Of a stretch of 64,000 nucleotides of DNA, positions 1-12,394 are shown one piece after another. Position 1 is the first letter of the stretch. Each line of letters begins with the position of its first letter. This stretch comes from Eledone cirrhosa (lineage: Eukaryota). The notes beneath the pieces were generated by a model that saw only the letters and a program-made list of their open reading frames with translations, had not been told where the DNA came from and ran no database searches. The stretch is taken from assembly GCA_964016885.1 (NCBI GenBank), contig OZ024744.1:76074001-76138000 (forward strand), in the 5' to 3' direction. Made by a program: the position numbers and the translations under genes.

Positions 1-607
<607 letters not shown>

Positions 608-630
608 AGAGAGAGATGGATAGATAGATA

Positions 631-1587
631 AATTTCTTTATTAGCCACAAGGGCACAAAAGAAGGGGACAAATACAAATGGGGAGTTTACATGCAGGTAT
701 ATGAAAATAAAACTATTAATAAAATAACAAATAACAATTGATATCCCCAATAGGGGGGAGGTCTTACACAGGGGTTTTACACACCTCGAAAAAATGTACA
801 ACCCTCATCTCCAGGAGCAACAAGAGTGAGTACTCCCTTCCTCTCTTCCTCTTTTTCCTCAACCTATAGGCTTATATAGAGAGAAGGCCCAACCACTCGG
901 GCCATCTTTGCCACATTCACCCACCTTTTATAAAACTTGCTGGGGTACAGCACCTCTCTCTCCATCCTGATTCTTCTTCCAAAATGATATTTGAAAAAAC
1001 GAATCAGTTGCTCGCCGGAGAGAAAGGTGTCTGACCTCAGCCCTTTTGACCTCGTCCACCATATATCCTCTTTCACCAGAGCCATAACACATAGGAAAAC
1101 CGCCTCTCCTTCGTGTTTGAAGGAGGGTGGCAGTTTGATCATGACAATGGACTCTGTGGTCAACTGGATTGGTCCCACCCGCGACAATAGTCGTTCTACA
1201 TAGCCCCACAGGTCGGTAAAGCCCGGGCAGTGTATAAATTCGTGCCCCACGGTTTCTTCGTCGCGCACGCATCTCGGACAGATCTTTTTCGAAGGGTCCC
1301 TACCCGGGCGCCCATGTCTGTAGAGCTTGTCTCGAACTGGTAGAGCTCCTCGGTAGCACTGCCAGGCCAGTGACTTTTGGAAGTTGTCCATTGGTCCCGG
1401 GCGGATGGTCCTACCGAACAGACTGGCCAGTTCGTTCTCCTCTACGCCTCGAGTTTCTCCGAGCGTGTCGTCGCACTTGCTGCGGACCAACCCTCTATAG
1501 AATGTCGAAGTGGAGTCTCCACTGACCGCCGGGTCCGTTTGCTATAGGACTGAGCGCCTGAGCACATTCGATGTGCCAGTCGCCCAT
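631..1587 (-). mobile_element. 5'-truncated Tx1/L1-clade LINE: ORF2 C-terminus (zf-RVT-like CPRC...H..C) plus 3' UTR
   Basis: ORF 864..1490 (FQKSLAWQCYRGALPVRDKL, CPRC) is homologous to 58670..59185 and 51506..52059; shared 3' terminal motif. Confidence 0.9.
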
Positions 1588-1919
1588 AGATAAACAGATA
1601 GATATATAGATAGATAGATATAGATACAGATATAGATATGGATATAGATATATAGATATATGTCCAGGGACTGTAACGTTAAGTTACTGTAGGTTTACCC
1701 AGGTGAACATCGATGTTTAGATTCAAGTCAGTAGCGAGATGTAGAGCTAAACAGAGTGTAATTACAATAATATAAGGACGATTTGTTAAGCCTTCATTAC
1801 GTTTATTGTTTGGTGACGCGCGTTTCGTTAATGATCAGCTCAAGTTTCGATCTGTATCGATCTGGCCCGACTCTGGAATCAAAAGCTCATCGGACCTCTG
1901 CTTTTGTAATGACAGAATA

Positions 1920-2052
<133 letters not shown>

Positions 2053-2179
2053 ATGCCTTATATATATTATACATGTTTAATATACAATTCTAAATATGGA
2101 GGATAGTACTAAGTTCTAGCCAGTTAACGGTAGGAGAAAAGGCGCAATGTAAATCATCAAGTGTATTACAGAGCCGAGA

Positions 2180-2311
2180 TACAAAATATCAAAACTATCA
2201 AATCTTAGTTTAATACATTTATATACTGACAATTGTTTCTTCCAGAGGGATGTCTGGAATCATAGGAGCATAAATGTATTAAATTAAGATTTGATTGTTT
2301 TGATATTTTGT
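2180..2311 (-). repeat. Short fold-back element with a degraded hammerhead in the loop
   Basis: 2180-2220 is the inverse of 2272-2311; minus strand reads CTATGA-TTCCAGA-CATCCC-TCTGGAA-GAAA-CAATTG-TC. Confidence 0.65.
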
Positions 2312-2764
2312 GTATATATATATATATATAAACTATAAATAATTGATTTTTATTAATTCCTTCATCGAGTCAAACTAGTATTTGTCGGACTCCCTCATAT
2401 GTTTATTCTTGTGTATATATGTATATATCTTCAGTATATTTGTTAATTGCTAATCGAGTAATGGATTTTGCCGAATTGGACTGCTATATTTAGCAGTCTT
2501 TTCACCTGCCATTGTCCACAAATCGCTGCTCTTCTGTAGGACGCTATTCACGTGATATTTTTCTCGTTTTAATTAGTCGCGGCTAGCAGACAATTCAGTC
2601 GGATCTCTTTCTTTTTGAAGAGTTCCCTAACTATTTGAGATTTCGCAGCTCATGCTGAGTTTTACACAATGAAACTGCAGTAGGGACACTGAGTAAATAG
2701 GTAAATATTTCTTTAACTTATTTACGTTTCTCAAACTAATTTCTCTCTATATATATATACTGTA

Positions 2765-3945
2765 TATATTTGTATGTGTACTGTAAATTCAGGCAACTCT
2801 ACTTGGCACTACATAGGTTCTGCAGCTGGGGAGTTCAAGAAAAGGTGGTACGTCCACAGACACTCCATGAAGAACCGTAGACTGAAGAACTCTACGACGC
2901 TCGCCAATAAAATCTGGCAGCTTAAAAACAAAAACCAAGAATATAAGATTAGCTGGTCAAAATTATCGGTAGCAAAGGCCTACAGCAACGGAATGTCGCA
3001 CTGCGGACTTTGTAATTTAGAACTACTCCATATTTTAAGGTACGATAAGATGCTGCTTAACAGCAAAATAGAAAGATCAATTTTATGTAGGCATAAAATA
3101 GCTTCCAGATTTACAAACTTCAAACCACCGTGATTCGAACCAGCAATCCAAAATTAGAACTGAACCACCTGCATTTTAGCATATTGAATACACACCATCA
3201 CACTGCTATTAGCTGTCAAGCGGCCAACTGGTCACTGGATCATAAATCTCAGAACATCTCTTTCACCCTCTTTCCCTGAAACAGCATCAAAACTGGACAA
3301 TCAGCAAAACATTTACCACACACGTTTGTTAAACCTCTGCTTCACAATCCACCCCTAGCCCTTACATCTTATAATTGTATCCCCTAATTAATCTCTAATT
3401 TATTGCTTTTTCTTCTTTCTTTTATCTGTCACTACATCAGACTCTCTACACGTATCTATGTATATTTCGAATTTAGCTTTTCATGTTAGCAATAAACCCA
3501 CCAAATTATCCTTATAAGAACACTTACTCACCACCACCACAAACATACTCTGTACTTACACGCTCTCACTTATCCTTATATATTTCTTTATATTTTCCAG
3601 TTTCTTATTTTCTTACTTTTTTAATATATCCTATCTTATCTTTTACTTTTTACTTTTTACATCTGTAACTTCTCTACCTATTTACCATATATATTTTATT
3701 ATTGATGCTACTGTTTTGATTATACGCTACTCTTCTATATATATATATCTTGCCTCGAGTGAATTATTTTTATATCTACGTACTCTGATGTGTTGATCAG
3801 AGGTAAATAATGTATTGGAGATCGAGTGACGCAACTTCAAGCGATTAGCGACCTCTAGACTCACCTGATCAATGAAACAATTGTCAGTACTTGAAATAAA
3901 GCCCCTTATTGTACAGCCAACCCATATTATCCTTCATTCTTTCAC
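2765..3945 (+). mobile_element. Penelope-like element 3' fragment: GIY-YIG endonuclease, 3' UTR and pLTR
   Basis: ORF 2774..3133 has YIGS..FKKRW..H, CGLCNLE and CRHK motifs and is homologous to 44100..44640; HHR lies downstream. Confidence 0.8.
3780..3890 (+). ncRNA. Type-I hammerhead-like ribozyme with long stem II
   Basis: GTACT|CTGATGT|GTTGATCAG..64 nt..CTGATCAAT|GAAA|CAATTG|TC|AGTAC. Confidence 0.7.
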
Positions 3946-3946
3946 T

Positions 3947-4087
<141 letters not shown>

Positions 4088-4154
4088 AAAAAATGGGGAG
4101 AAGAAAATGGGGAGAAGGTTGCACATGGATAACATGTTATAAAATGAGTCCCTC

Positions 4155-4288
4155 ATCAGTGATTTGCCGACGATCATAGATATTTCATTGCATTAAAAAT
4201 CATCATAGATATTTCATTGCATTAAAAATCATATAGATATTTCATTGCATTAAAAATCACATAGATATTTCATTGCATTAAAAATCAC
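4155..4288. repeat. Minisatellite, ~30-bp unit x4 (catagatatttcattgcattaaaaatca)
   Basis: Direct tandem copies visible. Confidence 0.9.
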
Positions 4289-4289
4289 A

Positions 4290-4334
<45 letters not shown>

Positions 4335-4335
<1 letters not shown>

Positions 4336-5189
4336 TAAAATAACAGATTAAAGTTTAAGCAAAGAATCGCTGCTTTCAAACTTAACGGGATCTTCTGAAA
4401 CTAAAAAAGTCAATCTGTGAACGCAGAAGTAAATATTTCAAAAAACGTTTCAACCGAAGGAAGACAGGAAGACGATACTTTGGTTCGTGGAAACGTTCCT
4501 TGGCAAAGAACGGAAAAAAACGAAGATAATACGTCATTATTTGGTGCGGTGAAAACAATTACACGCAAAGATAAAACCACGTTTATGATATAAATGAAGT
4601 CGGAGACTAATATTCTATTAGGTGGTTTATGGAGACATTCTCTGGCAATGAACGAAAAAAATGAAGATAATACGTCATTATGTGGAGCAATGAGAACAAT
4701 TACACGCAAAGACAAAACCACGTAAAGTTATAACTGAAGTCGTAGACTAAAATTCTATTTAGGAAACCGAATAATGCTCGGCTTCAGAGTTAAGAATAAA
4801 GTAAATAAAATACAGAGGTAATTGAAATTAAATATATTTGCTCTACGGTTCTTATATATCTGATATATATTTATCCTTATCGAGCCCTCTTTGGATTTTA
4901 GTCTTCAAATTTATTAGTATATGGATGCGCGTATGTATATATTTAATTTCAATTACCTCTGTATTTTATTTACTTTATTCTTAACTCTGAAGCCGAGCAT
5001 CATTCGGTTTCCTAAATAGAATTTTAGTCTACGACTTCAGTTATACCTTTTACGTGGTTTTATCTTTGCGTGTAATTGATCTCATTGCTCCACATAATGA
5101 CGTATTATCTTCGTTTTTTTTTGTTCATTGCCAGAGAATGTCTCCATGAACCACCTAATAGAATATTAGTCTACGACTTCATTTATACC

Positions 5190-5190
<1 letters not shown>
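4335..5190. mobile_element. Non-coding fold-back element (PLE pLTR-like) with ~250-bp inverted arms
   Basis: 4590-4837 is the inverse of 4937-5187; the left end and the spacer recur at 8389-8552 and (reverse) 29240-29380. Confidence 0.7.
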
Positions 5191-5225
<35 letters not shown>

Positions 5226-5310
5226 TTCCGAAGAGATTGTTTTGGTAAAAACAGGAGCAAGCAGGAGAAAGCTCTCAACAATCGCAGTTTTTAGTTACGA
5301 TGGAGATTTT

Positions 5311-6006
5311 TATAAAAATAACAACATAAGATACTGAGGTTACATAAATCATTATAAATATTTCCACAGTTCTCCATGCAATTCGGGCATTTGTTGTTAT
5401 GAGAACGGTTCTCATGATATCGTTCTTATAACAACAAGAAATGCATGACGGACTTCTCGATTGCATGGAGAACCGTGGAAATCTAAACTATAATAAAGTA
5501 AAGAGTGCGGGACTGCTTACGATTTATAATTTTTTCATCCTCTTAGTAAAATAAGTTCAATTACTATGAATAAATAATGAATGAATATTACATAATTTAT
5601 CTACTGAATTTCGTAGCTATTGATTAAGTATATTTTATTGTTTATTTAAAGATTCCCTTCTTTAAAATTTTCAAATGTCAACACTTCCGGTTAGCGATCG
5701 CTTAAATAAATATTCATACATTTCCGTCACTAATTTTCTCCTAATGCAGTTTATATATAATATCATCTTTTTTTAATGTATCATGGATTACGTTACTGAT
5801 TACATAAGAGAGCGTAACGCAGTCTTCGTTCAATTTCTGTGTATATTGTCAATTACGCTGTTATTTGATGTATCATATCTACATGCATATATACTTGCAT
5901 ATAATATCAATATACACAGTACACAGACGAGCCGACAACCACTACTAGTAATTTTAATGATTGAACGATTTATGTAACCTCAGCAACTTATTTTGTTATT
6001 TTTATA
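5311..6006. mobile_element. ~700-bp element with ~47-bp imperfect terminal inverted repeats
   Basis: tataaaaataacaacataagatactgaggttacataaatc vs gatttatgtaacctcagcaacttattttgttatttttata. Confidence 0.55.
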
Positions 6007-6149
6007 TATATATTTATATATATATATAACATTCTGATACAAACAATTATAACAGACTGACCTGTTTCTGAACAATTTTTATAGACTTTCGGCTGGGAAG
6101 GGGTATGATAATTGACCAATGGGGTGGGAGCGTGTCCTGTGACGCTGAA

Positions 6150-6470
6150 ATTCGTTTGTTCTAGTTCATATGAGTCCAGTTCTTCTGTGGACTAACAACA
6201 CACCCAGGAGTTGGACATATTGAATTTACAGAGTGGAACACATTACAACACCATGTTTACCTTTTTTTCTATTTTAATTCGTACTGCCTGATGAGGTCAC
6301 AGCCAATAATAGCTGTCACTGAAATATATATAGCAGAGAATTATAATAAACGAAGCCAAGTTTAACATGTTTGACTTACATATTTTACATTACTCCGGAG
6401 TAAACAAACCAACCTGCGTACTTCGTCGAGTGCTCCAACCTGCATACTGTAAACAACCAACACATACTCA

Positions 6471-6504
<34 letters not shown>

Positions 6505-6567
6505 ATATGTGTATATGTATATATATATATATATATATGTATATGTATATATATATATACACATATA

Positions 6568-6603
<36 letters not shown>

Positions 6604-6885
6604 CATGTGTATATATATATATATATATATTATGTGTTGGTTGTTTACCGACACCTCAGTTCGTTCTAGGTCATATGATTCCAGTTCCTCTGTGGACTAA
6701 CAACACATGCAGGAGCTGGACATATCGTTGAATTGACAGAGTGGAACACATTACAACTTGTTTACCTGTTTTTTCTACATAAATTCGTACTACCTGATGA
6801 GGTCACAGCCAATAATGGCTGTCACTGAAATATATATAGCAAAGAATTTATAATAAACGAAGCCAACTTTAACATGTTTGACTTA

Positions 6886-6890
<5 letters not shown>
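6150..6890 (+). mobile_element. Tandem pLTR-like repeats, each with a hammerhead (6285-6345, 6790-6845)
   Basis: 6160-6385 matches 6655-6890; CTGC|CTGATGA|GGTCACAGCC..GGCTGTCACT|GAAA|TATATATA|GCAG; third copy at 30360-30690. Confidence 0.75.
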
Positions 6891-6929
<39 letters not shown>

Positions 6930-7254
6930 GCACAAGGTTTTACTTGTTCTCTTACTATACCTTGTGGGATATCTAGTTACCTAAATTATCTCTAGGTGTG
7001 CTGTTTATACAAGCGTTACTCCTGTTGAAAAGTCACTAATGTTTGGCGAAACAAACTCTATCAGTAGTTTGTCCAGGAGTTTAATATTTATTGAAATGCT
7101 TAGTACATTTTAATTCACTTTTTCCGGTTATTATGTATTTTCCATTTTCTGATAGATTATATGCATTGCACCAAAGTGGTTTTCAACCCATGTAATTCAA
7201 AACACACTCGTAAAAAGCAACTAAACGTGTCAGTGTCAGGTAGGTCATCACGCT

Positions 7255-7330
7255 GTAAAACATTAAGCTCAAAAAGCCCTGTCCAATCCATGCCAGCATG
7301 CAAAATGTTGACGTAAAAACGATAATAATT
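7255..7330 (+). mobile_element. RTE-type 3' tail fragment
   Basis: ccatgccagcatgcaaaatgttgacgtaaaaacgataa resembles the RTE ends at 20270-20380. Confidence 0.55.
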
Positions 7331-7442
7331 GTTTCTACTTTTGGCACAATGCCAGCAATTACCCAGTGCGTTACTGGTACTTTATTCTATCGACCCCGGA
7401 ATGATGAAAGGCAAAGTTAACCTCGGCTGGATTTGAACTCAG
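7328..7442 (-). mobile_element. tRNA-derived SINE family A, partial
   Basis: B-box GAGTTCAAATCC followed by the same body as 44730-44913. Confidence 0.8.
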
Positions 7443-7671
7443 ATGATGACATATATGAAGATATATATAATAATGGACCTGTTATTTTTATCTAAAAACA
7501 TTTTTTCCAATTCCAACCCGCCCGTCGTCTCAATCTATATTATTTCTCATTCTTTCTTCTGATGAAGAACTAGCGTCCGAAACGTTCAGACCCTCTTCCT
7601 GCTATATCAAGCGTTAACCTAATATATCCCTTCCATATACTGTACCGATTGTTTTGTTATTTCTATTTACC

Positions 7672-7771
<100 letters not shown>

Positions 7772-7772
7772 G

Positions 7773-7803
<31 letters not shown>

Positions 7804-7805
<2 letters not shown>

Positions 7806-8080
7806 GGAGGAGGCATTCCGATCAACGTAACAGCCTTTTCATGAAATTAACATACAAGTGGCTGAGCATTCCACAAACACGGGTACCCTTTATGTAGTTC
7901 TTAGCGAGATTCAGTGTAACACTGTGTGACACAGTTGGTCCTTCGAACTACAGGTAAAATTCATTTTTGCCAACTGAATCAACTGGAGCAACGTGAAAGA
8001 AAGTGTCTTGCTCAAGGACACAACGCAGCACCGGGAATCGAACTCATGACATTACGATTGTGAGCTGAATACTCTAACCA
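7804..8080 (-). mobile_element. tRNA-derived SINE family B
   Basis: Minus strand reads GGTTAGAGT..GAGTTCGATTCCC..TGTGTCCTTGAGCAAGACACTT; partial copy at 33622-33693. Confidence 0.75.
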
Positions 8081-8103
8081 CATATACATATATATACATT
8101 CAG

Positions 8104-8149
<46 letters not shown>

Positions 8150-8157
8150 CACATATA

Positions 8158-8331
8158 TAGGAAAAGAGTCAGGACCCCGATGGCTGAGCTCCGGCCGTTT
8201 CAACAGCTAGATCCGAACTGTTCAGATCAGCCGTCGGGGTCCTGACTCTTTTCCTAACCCACTCTACTAGCCTAAGTACCGAGTACTCTGGTGCGTTATG
8301 GTCCACCTGGTTCCTTACCACACTTTCTTTG

Positions 8332-8332
<1 letters not shown>
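8158..8332. repeat. pLTR-like repeat family with internal palindrome (copies 19527-19695, 25050-25205)
   Basis: ggaaaagagtcaggaccccga..tcggggtcctgactcttttcc hairpin; shared acccactctacta..gagtactctggt..accacac. Confidence 0.7.
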
Positions 8333-8394
<62 letters not shown>

Positions 8395-8552
8395 TAACAG
8401 ATTAAAGTTTAAGTAAAGAATCGCTGCTTTCACCCTTAACGGGATCTTCTGAAATATTTAAATAAATATTTGCTCTACGGTTCTTATATATTTGATATAT
8501 ATTTATCCTTATCGAGCCTTCTTTGGATTTTAGTCTTCAAATTTATTATTAT

Positions 8553-8584
<32 letters not shown>

Positions 8585-8592
<8 letters not shown>

Positions 8593-9062
8593 ATACTTTG
8601 GGAGGGTCATGTTGCCAATAAGAAACACACGCACCGGTTGCTTTCACTCCAATTTATTATAAATTAGATTTATAAATTTAAGAAATTTGTAAATTTCCGG
8701 TTGGTTAGTTGATTCCACAACCGGGCGGTTGTTCATGTTTGTGTGTGTCACACAAAAACAAGATGGCGTAGGACAGAACAAAGAAGAGGCGCAAAACAAA
8801 GAAAAGAATCCCCAGTCACTGAAGAAGTCACAGAATGTGTGACGAAAGAACATTGACAATATATGAACAACCGTCCGTTCGTGGAACCAACCAACTTGAA
8901 ATTTACAAATTTCTTAAATTTATAAATTTAATTTATAATAAATTGGAGTGAAAGCAACTGGTGCGTGTGTTTCTTATTGGCAACATGAGCCTCCCAAAGT
9001 ATAACAATATCGGTTTCAACACACGTTTTCAGATAAAGAATCTTGCTAAACAAATTCAGAAA
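8585..9062. mobile_element. Fold-back mini-element with a hammerhead (8815-8857, +) in the loop
   Basis: 8585-8736 is the inverse of 8863-9010; GTCA|CTGAAGA|A|GTCACA..TGTGAC|GAAA|GAAC..TGAC; reverse copy at 34185-34460. Confidence 0.75.
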
Positions 9063-9126
<64 letters not shown>

Positions 9127-9598
9127 CGGGGAGAGGGGGAGAGAGAGAGTGAAAGTTAGAGATTCCCAATTCCATTTGGTGGTCACGAACACAACATGGT
9201 ACCCCACTCCCCCCCTTTCAACTGTCCCACACTATTTTGATGAATAGCAAAACCAAATCCAATCCACTATCTCTTCCCTCATTCTCTGGTTTTCATATCC
9301 AGAAAGGTATATATATATCAGCTAAGCACATCGCAGAAAAAGCAGCAATGTCAATGCTATATCTTAATAGTTCCTAGATAACTATCACTATTTTCCTTTC
9401 CAACCTCCTGCCATCTACCGTATCCAAATAACGCTCTAATGTTCCAGTAACATAATTTTTTGTCTTTAAGTTTGTATATTTTCTTTGTATTCAACCTACT
9501 GCAAATAAACACCCGTCAGTCGCCGTAAACTTGACCTAGAAATATGTTTGTCTCTTCCAACATTTGTCTGATTAATCATAGAAGATAGTGGCCAAATA

Positions 9599-9657
9599 TG
9601 CTGCTGCTGTTGCTGCTGTTGATGTTGTTGTTGTTGTTGTTGCTGCTGCTGCTGTTG
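9599..9657. repeat. (CTG/TTG)n trinucleotide repeat
   Basis: Direct reading. Confidence 0.85.
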
Positions 9658-9766
9658 GCATGTCAACAAGAGAACGACGTTAAGAAATAAACCCTGTCAT
9701 CCACCATATAGAAGTTTATGATTATATGCATCCAACCCGTTACTTGAGCTCTCGTCTCTACATGTA

Positions 9767-9886
9767 CAGAAAGACAGACAAAAAGAAAGACAGAAAGAAA
9801 GATAGAAAGAAAGGAAAGAAGGTAGGAAGGTAGGAAGCAAGGAAGGCAGGAAGAAAGAAAAAAGGAAAGAAGGAAAGAAAGAACGA

Positions 9887-9978
<92 letters not shown>

Positions 9979-9979
9979 A
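9767..9979. repeat. (GAAA)n tetranucleotide repeat
   Basis: Direct reading. Confidence 0.95.
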
Positions 9980-10359
9980 CGTGAGAGATAGAACTTCCCA
10001 ATTTCATAGGGAGAAAAGTATGTGCAAAAATCACGCACATCTCAAATTTATACTGAAAAACATTTATGTGAAATTGAGTTCCATCCCTTAAATCAGGAGG
10101 GTGCAACATATTCCATTGGCGGGCCACTTTTGAACATTGGAACAACTATTAGGGCCAGTCACTGTCAAAAATATGTAATCTAATGAAAACCACTATTCCA
10201 ACGATTCACCACAACTTCTTTCCATGACATGGAACTGGGAAAGTATAACACACATAACCCTATCAGTGAAGCCCTTTAGTATAGGTCAACTAACAGAAAA
10301 TTGTATTACGGTTATGAAAAAAATTCTAAATAAGACTACAAGGTAAAAATTAAAAACGA

Positions 10360-10425
10360 TCATCGCGCGCCACGCGCGTCTGGCGGGCCGGTTGTGAAGC
10401 GCGGGTTGCTTGTTGCACGCCCCTG
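10360..10425 (-). mobile_element. Probable hAT-type DNA transposon terminus
   Basis: Minus strand CAGGGGCGTGCAAC..CCCGCG..CCGGCCCG resembles hAT TIR plus subterminal motifs; GC island in AT-rich DNA. Confidence 0.45.
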
Positions 10426-10599
10426 ATTTAAACGTTCGAAGCCGTTAAACTAGTTAAATGTAAGAGAGAAGTAAAACGAGTGTCCACAGACTATACATAT
10501 CAAAGGTTTAACGTCTGAGCATACTTAGATATATGTACATCCCCACCCCAAATATATGTATACATAGATATATACACACACACACTCACATATATATAT

Positions 10600-11410
10600 A
10601 TGAAATGCGCATAATAAAATACATAGAACTTTTTTAACCATCTTTTAATTTCTTAAATAATTAATGAGAGAGTTACAAGCCGTTAAAACATATCTTTATA
10701 AAGCTCTTACACATGTTTCGCCCAATGGGGCTCGTCTGAGGCAAATATTAAGGCAAAGTTTCTAATTATATACCCTATTGGGGTAAAATAATACTTTTAC
10801 ATCACTGTGCATATTAAAATTAAGTGTTAAGGTATAAAACACGGTTAAAAGAGATTTGTATGCTAAGGGAGGTAATTACCGGTGTTAGTATAAAGTTTCT
10901 TGTCTAACTAATGACATGTACCAGCTATGTAAAATATTTATTTTATTACTTAAAAGGAATTAACATAAGCAGGGTTGGTTAACTCGGTGTAAATGAGGCC
11001 GTGTTAAGGTGTGAATATGATATACTATTGGTAAAGTCGTTAAAGACCACACACAGGTTTAACTAGAGCAAGGGGCACGTTAGGTGCGAATTTGAAGGCA
11101 TAGAAAAATAAAGTCAGTTTGGATATAATTTGTATATTTATATGATCGATTGTCTAAGAAGTTGCTTGGGTATAGGCAGCAGTTTTGTAAGATTACCAAA
11201 AGACCAGCGGGGTAGGTCCGGCTGAACATACGCAGTGCGGCTTCCTGGCGGGAGAACAGAGGGTGGGTGATGGTGTTATTCCACGTTGTTTAATGGTAAG
11301 TCTACCGCCGGTAAGTCAGAACAGGGTGTGGTGTTGAGAGCATCAGGTGTTATGGTGGTTATACAGTTGTTGGGGTCCATCTGTAGAAAGATTGTTGTAG
11401 TCGATGGGCT
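10600..11410 (-). mobile_element. Probable PLE-derived fragment with an HHR-like motif (10700-10742)
   Basis: Minus strand CT|CAGACGA|GCCC-CATT-GGGC|GAAA|CATGTG|TA|AGAG. Confidence 0.45.
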
Positions 11411-11456
11411 TCGGCCCGATTATTTATAAACTCATAAATAATTATATTGTGTTGTT

Positions 11457-11493
<37 letters not shown>

Positions 11494-11616
11494 TATAAAG
11501 CCCTTACTCCCACACATTCGCAAAAACACACACTCTTATACCCATATATGTATATATATATATACGTATACACATCACACACACACACATATATATATAT
11601 ATACATATACATATAC

Positions 11617-11661
<45 letters not shown>

Positions 11662-11694
11662 AAAGTGATGTTTTTTTTACAAAATGAAAAATAA

Positions 11695-12343
11695 CCGAGG
11701 TGTCCTACACGAGTGAAAGTATAAAGAAAAAGAGATGAAATCAAAAATGCAACTGGAGTCTTATTTTTTAAAAAAATATATATATTTATTTAGTTCCTTT
11801 ACCGGTTTCACAGTTCTTCTGCTTTTCAAAAGGTGAGTTGAGATGGAGGGTCTGTGGTTTTTCTCACATCTGGTTGGTCTCTGAATGTTACTTGTTTTAT
11901 ATGGAAAAAGTGGCTCGAAATGCCAGGTTTTTCGAGAAGTAATTTGATTGGTTTGTCAATAATTATAATAAATTTCGCGCCAGTTCGCGTTACAATAGTT
12001 CTTCAAATAAGAGGGGGGGGGGGGTCACTGGTTGTTTTTTCATATATGAGTGTTTGAATTTCTTTTTACTTGAAAAAAGGAGGCTCACGAAGGCTTTTTT
12101 TTGGTTGGTTATAAATGAAATTATGGCTGTCACGTGAACAAATTTTCATTAAATTTTTGTGCCCTTATTTGGAAATCCATTCTCTAGCCTTTTTAGAGAA
12201 TTTTTTGATAAAAAGATAATGGTCAAGAGAAAGGGATGGGAGAATTGTTCTGGTTAAGTGAATATGGTTAGTTCGCTGGGGTGTCAGAATTCAGATTTTC
12301 TATTGAATAAAGAAAGTAAAGATATGTGTGTTTATTTGTGTGC

Positions 12344-12394
<51 letters not shown>

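Noticed and set aside
4155-4288. 30-bp repeats resembling a CRISPR array
   Set aside because: No unique spacers, no cas genes, eukaryotic context
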